This document shows positions 49,337 to 51,244 of a DNA stretch of 51,244 nucleotides, one piece after another. This stretch comes from Trypethelium eluteriae (lineage: Eukaryota): contig JAVECL010000110.1 of NCBI GenBank assembly GCA_051942245.1, positions 1-51,244 of the forward strand, given 5' to 3'. The translations under genes and the position numbers were made by a program. Below the pieces are notes generated by a model, which worked only from the letters and a program-made list of their open reading frames with translations, did not search any database and had not been told where the DNA came from. Within the stretch, counting starts at the first letter, position 1. Each line of letters begins with the position of its first letter.

Positions 49337-50104
49337 CAGAATGAGTAACGAAATTATCCATTTTGTGCGTCTGTATACAGTACTTCTGACATACATACTA
49401 ACCAAGTATAGACATGCAAACTTCAGGAAATGCCGACAAGAACCACAATTAAAAAGATTCTCCACCATCGTGAGAATGCGCGAACGCTTCGTATGAGACT
49501 AGCAGCTTTGCAGCTCAGTCGTAAGATGAATACCTGGCGTGCCAAACTTGCACAGCGACAGATCGAAGTATCATCCCCTAATGAAGAAGGCGTTGTACAA
49601 GTTACCGCATTGATACCTCCATGTCCCCCGCTCCGACTCTCATCCAGCCTGGATATGGTTACTGGTCCTTGCAACACACGGTCGTTGGAAGAAATGGATG
49701 GTCTTTGTCAAGATTTGAAGCAGTCCTGGCCAACTTTGACGCCCTAATCTACGCCTGATACGTTGGGCATGCAAAGCCAATTCACCACATCCGACACTAA
49801 TTGGATCCGAGATGTAGCTTATAAGGGCATGGACTAGCTAAGAGAGTTTTTGACGGGATCTAAAGCTATTATTCTACGCAGTAATTAGTAAAGAAGGGTC
49901 TTGGAGTATGGACGATTTTGAGCAGCCTTAATAAAACGATCAATACATTCTTAATCTCTGTTGTCCTCCGTGTTGGTGTCAGCGGAAATATAAGCGGTCT
50001 GCCAATATATATACAATTTTCCTAGTACTTCCATGTCTTTGTAGGCTGACATCTTCTTTTCTGACTAATTTAAGTATCTTTTATATACATTGGGTACCTA
50101 TTCC

Positions 50105-51244
50105 TGTCAATATTATCCTAGCTATATCAGAGAGTTCGAGGTCATTTAGCTGACTAATACTCTCGGAAGCAGAAGGATGAGATCCCGAAGATACAGGGGT
50201 TGTTACGGTGTATATATACAGCTTCATTTCCTAGCCAGATAGGAAGAGGAGAGATCTTGACCTTTACAATCATTTTCCCACCTGGAACTTTGACAATTCC
50301 TATCTTTCGGACCATTCTTTTTGTAGAGACTTCACGGGAAAGGAAGTCCATTATATCAAATAGCTCCGGAGGCCTCAAGACATACTAGAGTTAACCTATC
50401 CTAATTCTAAGCCTCAAAAACAAATTTATTAACGTTGGTCCCTGGGTCGCGAGCCGCCCTATGTAACGAGCCAAATCATGTCAATATTATCCCCGCTGTA
50501 TCAACCATGTTTCAGAGAGTTCTAGACCGTTCGGCTGACGAATACTCTCGGAAGCAGAAGGATGAGATCCCGAAGATACAGGGATTTTTACGGTGTATAT
50601 ATGCAGCTTTATTTCCTAGCCAGATAGAAGAACAGGGAGAGATCTTGACCTCGACGATCATTGCCACCTAAAATTCTGACAAATCACGTGTACTTCTTCT
50701 TTAGAGCAATGTCAATAGAGCGTACGCATCTGTATCTTCTGAATTGTTTGTCAGTCAGAGTTTCAAGCTAATAATAAAGACTATAAGCGTCATCTTAGTA
50801 AAAATTACATTGGGATTGCTACTTTATTACCTCATCTACGAAGAGCTTTCTAAAAGTAGTATTTTATAAGTACTCCACTGCAACTCTTTTACTAAGCTAT
50901 GGTGAATTCTTATACCGGCAAAGCGATAACATTTGAGCTCTTGAATATTATTAAAATGCTCAAAATTTATTGACGGGTTTGTGATCGCTAGGAGAGGATA
51001 ACTTGAGTAGCGTTACCACATTGATTGGTACTTCTTTCTTTCTTTCTTTCTTTCTTTCTTTGATTCCTACTCCCTTTCAGGTCACACTGGCCTATGAGGG
51101 GATCTAACGTCCATCCCCGTGTTGCGAGCCACCCTTCGTGGCGAGCCAAACTATGGGTACTTTGTCTTTAGAGCAACGCCAATTGAACGTACGCATCTGC
51201 ACTTTTTGAGTTCTGTTTGAGCTCAAGAGTTAAGCCACTATAAA
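50105..51244. repeat. Mosaic of degenerate direct repeats in AT-rich DNA
   Basis: Pair Y: 50105-50297 vs 50479-50682 (shared core AATACTCTCGGAAGCAGAAGGATGAGATCCCGAAGATACAGGG). Pair X: ~50431-50480 vs ~51106-51155. Pair Z: ~50690-50778 vs ~51158-51244. Confidence 0.8.
51031..51061. repeat. (CTTT)n microsatellite
   Basis: About seven tandem CTTT units. Confidence 0.9.

Noticed and set aside
49306..49747. Poly(A) tract as a retroelement tail, and the 105-aa ORF at 49430-49747
   Set aside because: No RT/LINE remnant or target-site duplication next to the tract. The ORF has no recognisable features.
1..51244. Starship captain (DUF3435 tyrosine recombinase), element termini, and rRNA/tRNA genes
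   Set aside because: No ORF with recognisable captain features, no boundary repeat that I could support, and no RNA-gene signature seen.

Overview
Intron-containing DNA from a filamentous ascomycete. It looks like an accessory, cargo-type region, most likely the interior of a Starship giant transposon, although no DUF3435 tyrosine-recombinase 'captain' gene lies in the window. Left part (1-11.1 kb): two paralogous NACHT-WD40 NLR genes point away from each other and bracket a pogo/Fot1-type DDE transposase, a PNP_UDP_1 (nucleoside phosphorylase) gene and a decayed CorA-like gene. Manual splicing reveals small exons the ORF track misses or does not link to these genes. Both NLRs lack an enzymatic N-terminal effector and begin with a ~30-aa G/N-rich motif (..[29 protein letters not shown]). 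The PNP_UDP protein ends in a matching motif (QVNHFSGPINTTGGKANIGNTFNSGGGSMNF*). This is the layout of an amyloid-signalling receptor/effector system, here with two receptors and one effector. Middle part (11-35 kb): mostly orphan multi-exon genes, including a PD-(D/E)XK nuclease-like gene with an early stop, a predicted 7-TM protein and an SGNH hydrolase, plus several repeats and a ~190-bp foldback. Right part (35.3-48.3 kb): a compact cluster of chromodomain, ferric reductase, MADS-box-like, DUF3723-coiled-coil, patatin phospholipase and RING genes, followed by AT-rich degenerate repeats. All exon structures and domain calls were made by eye; no database searches were run.
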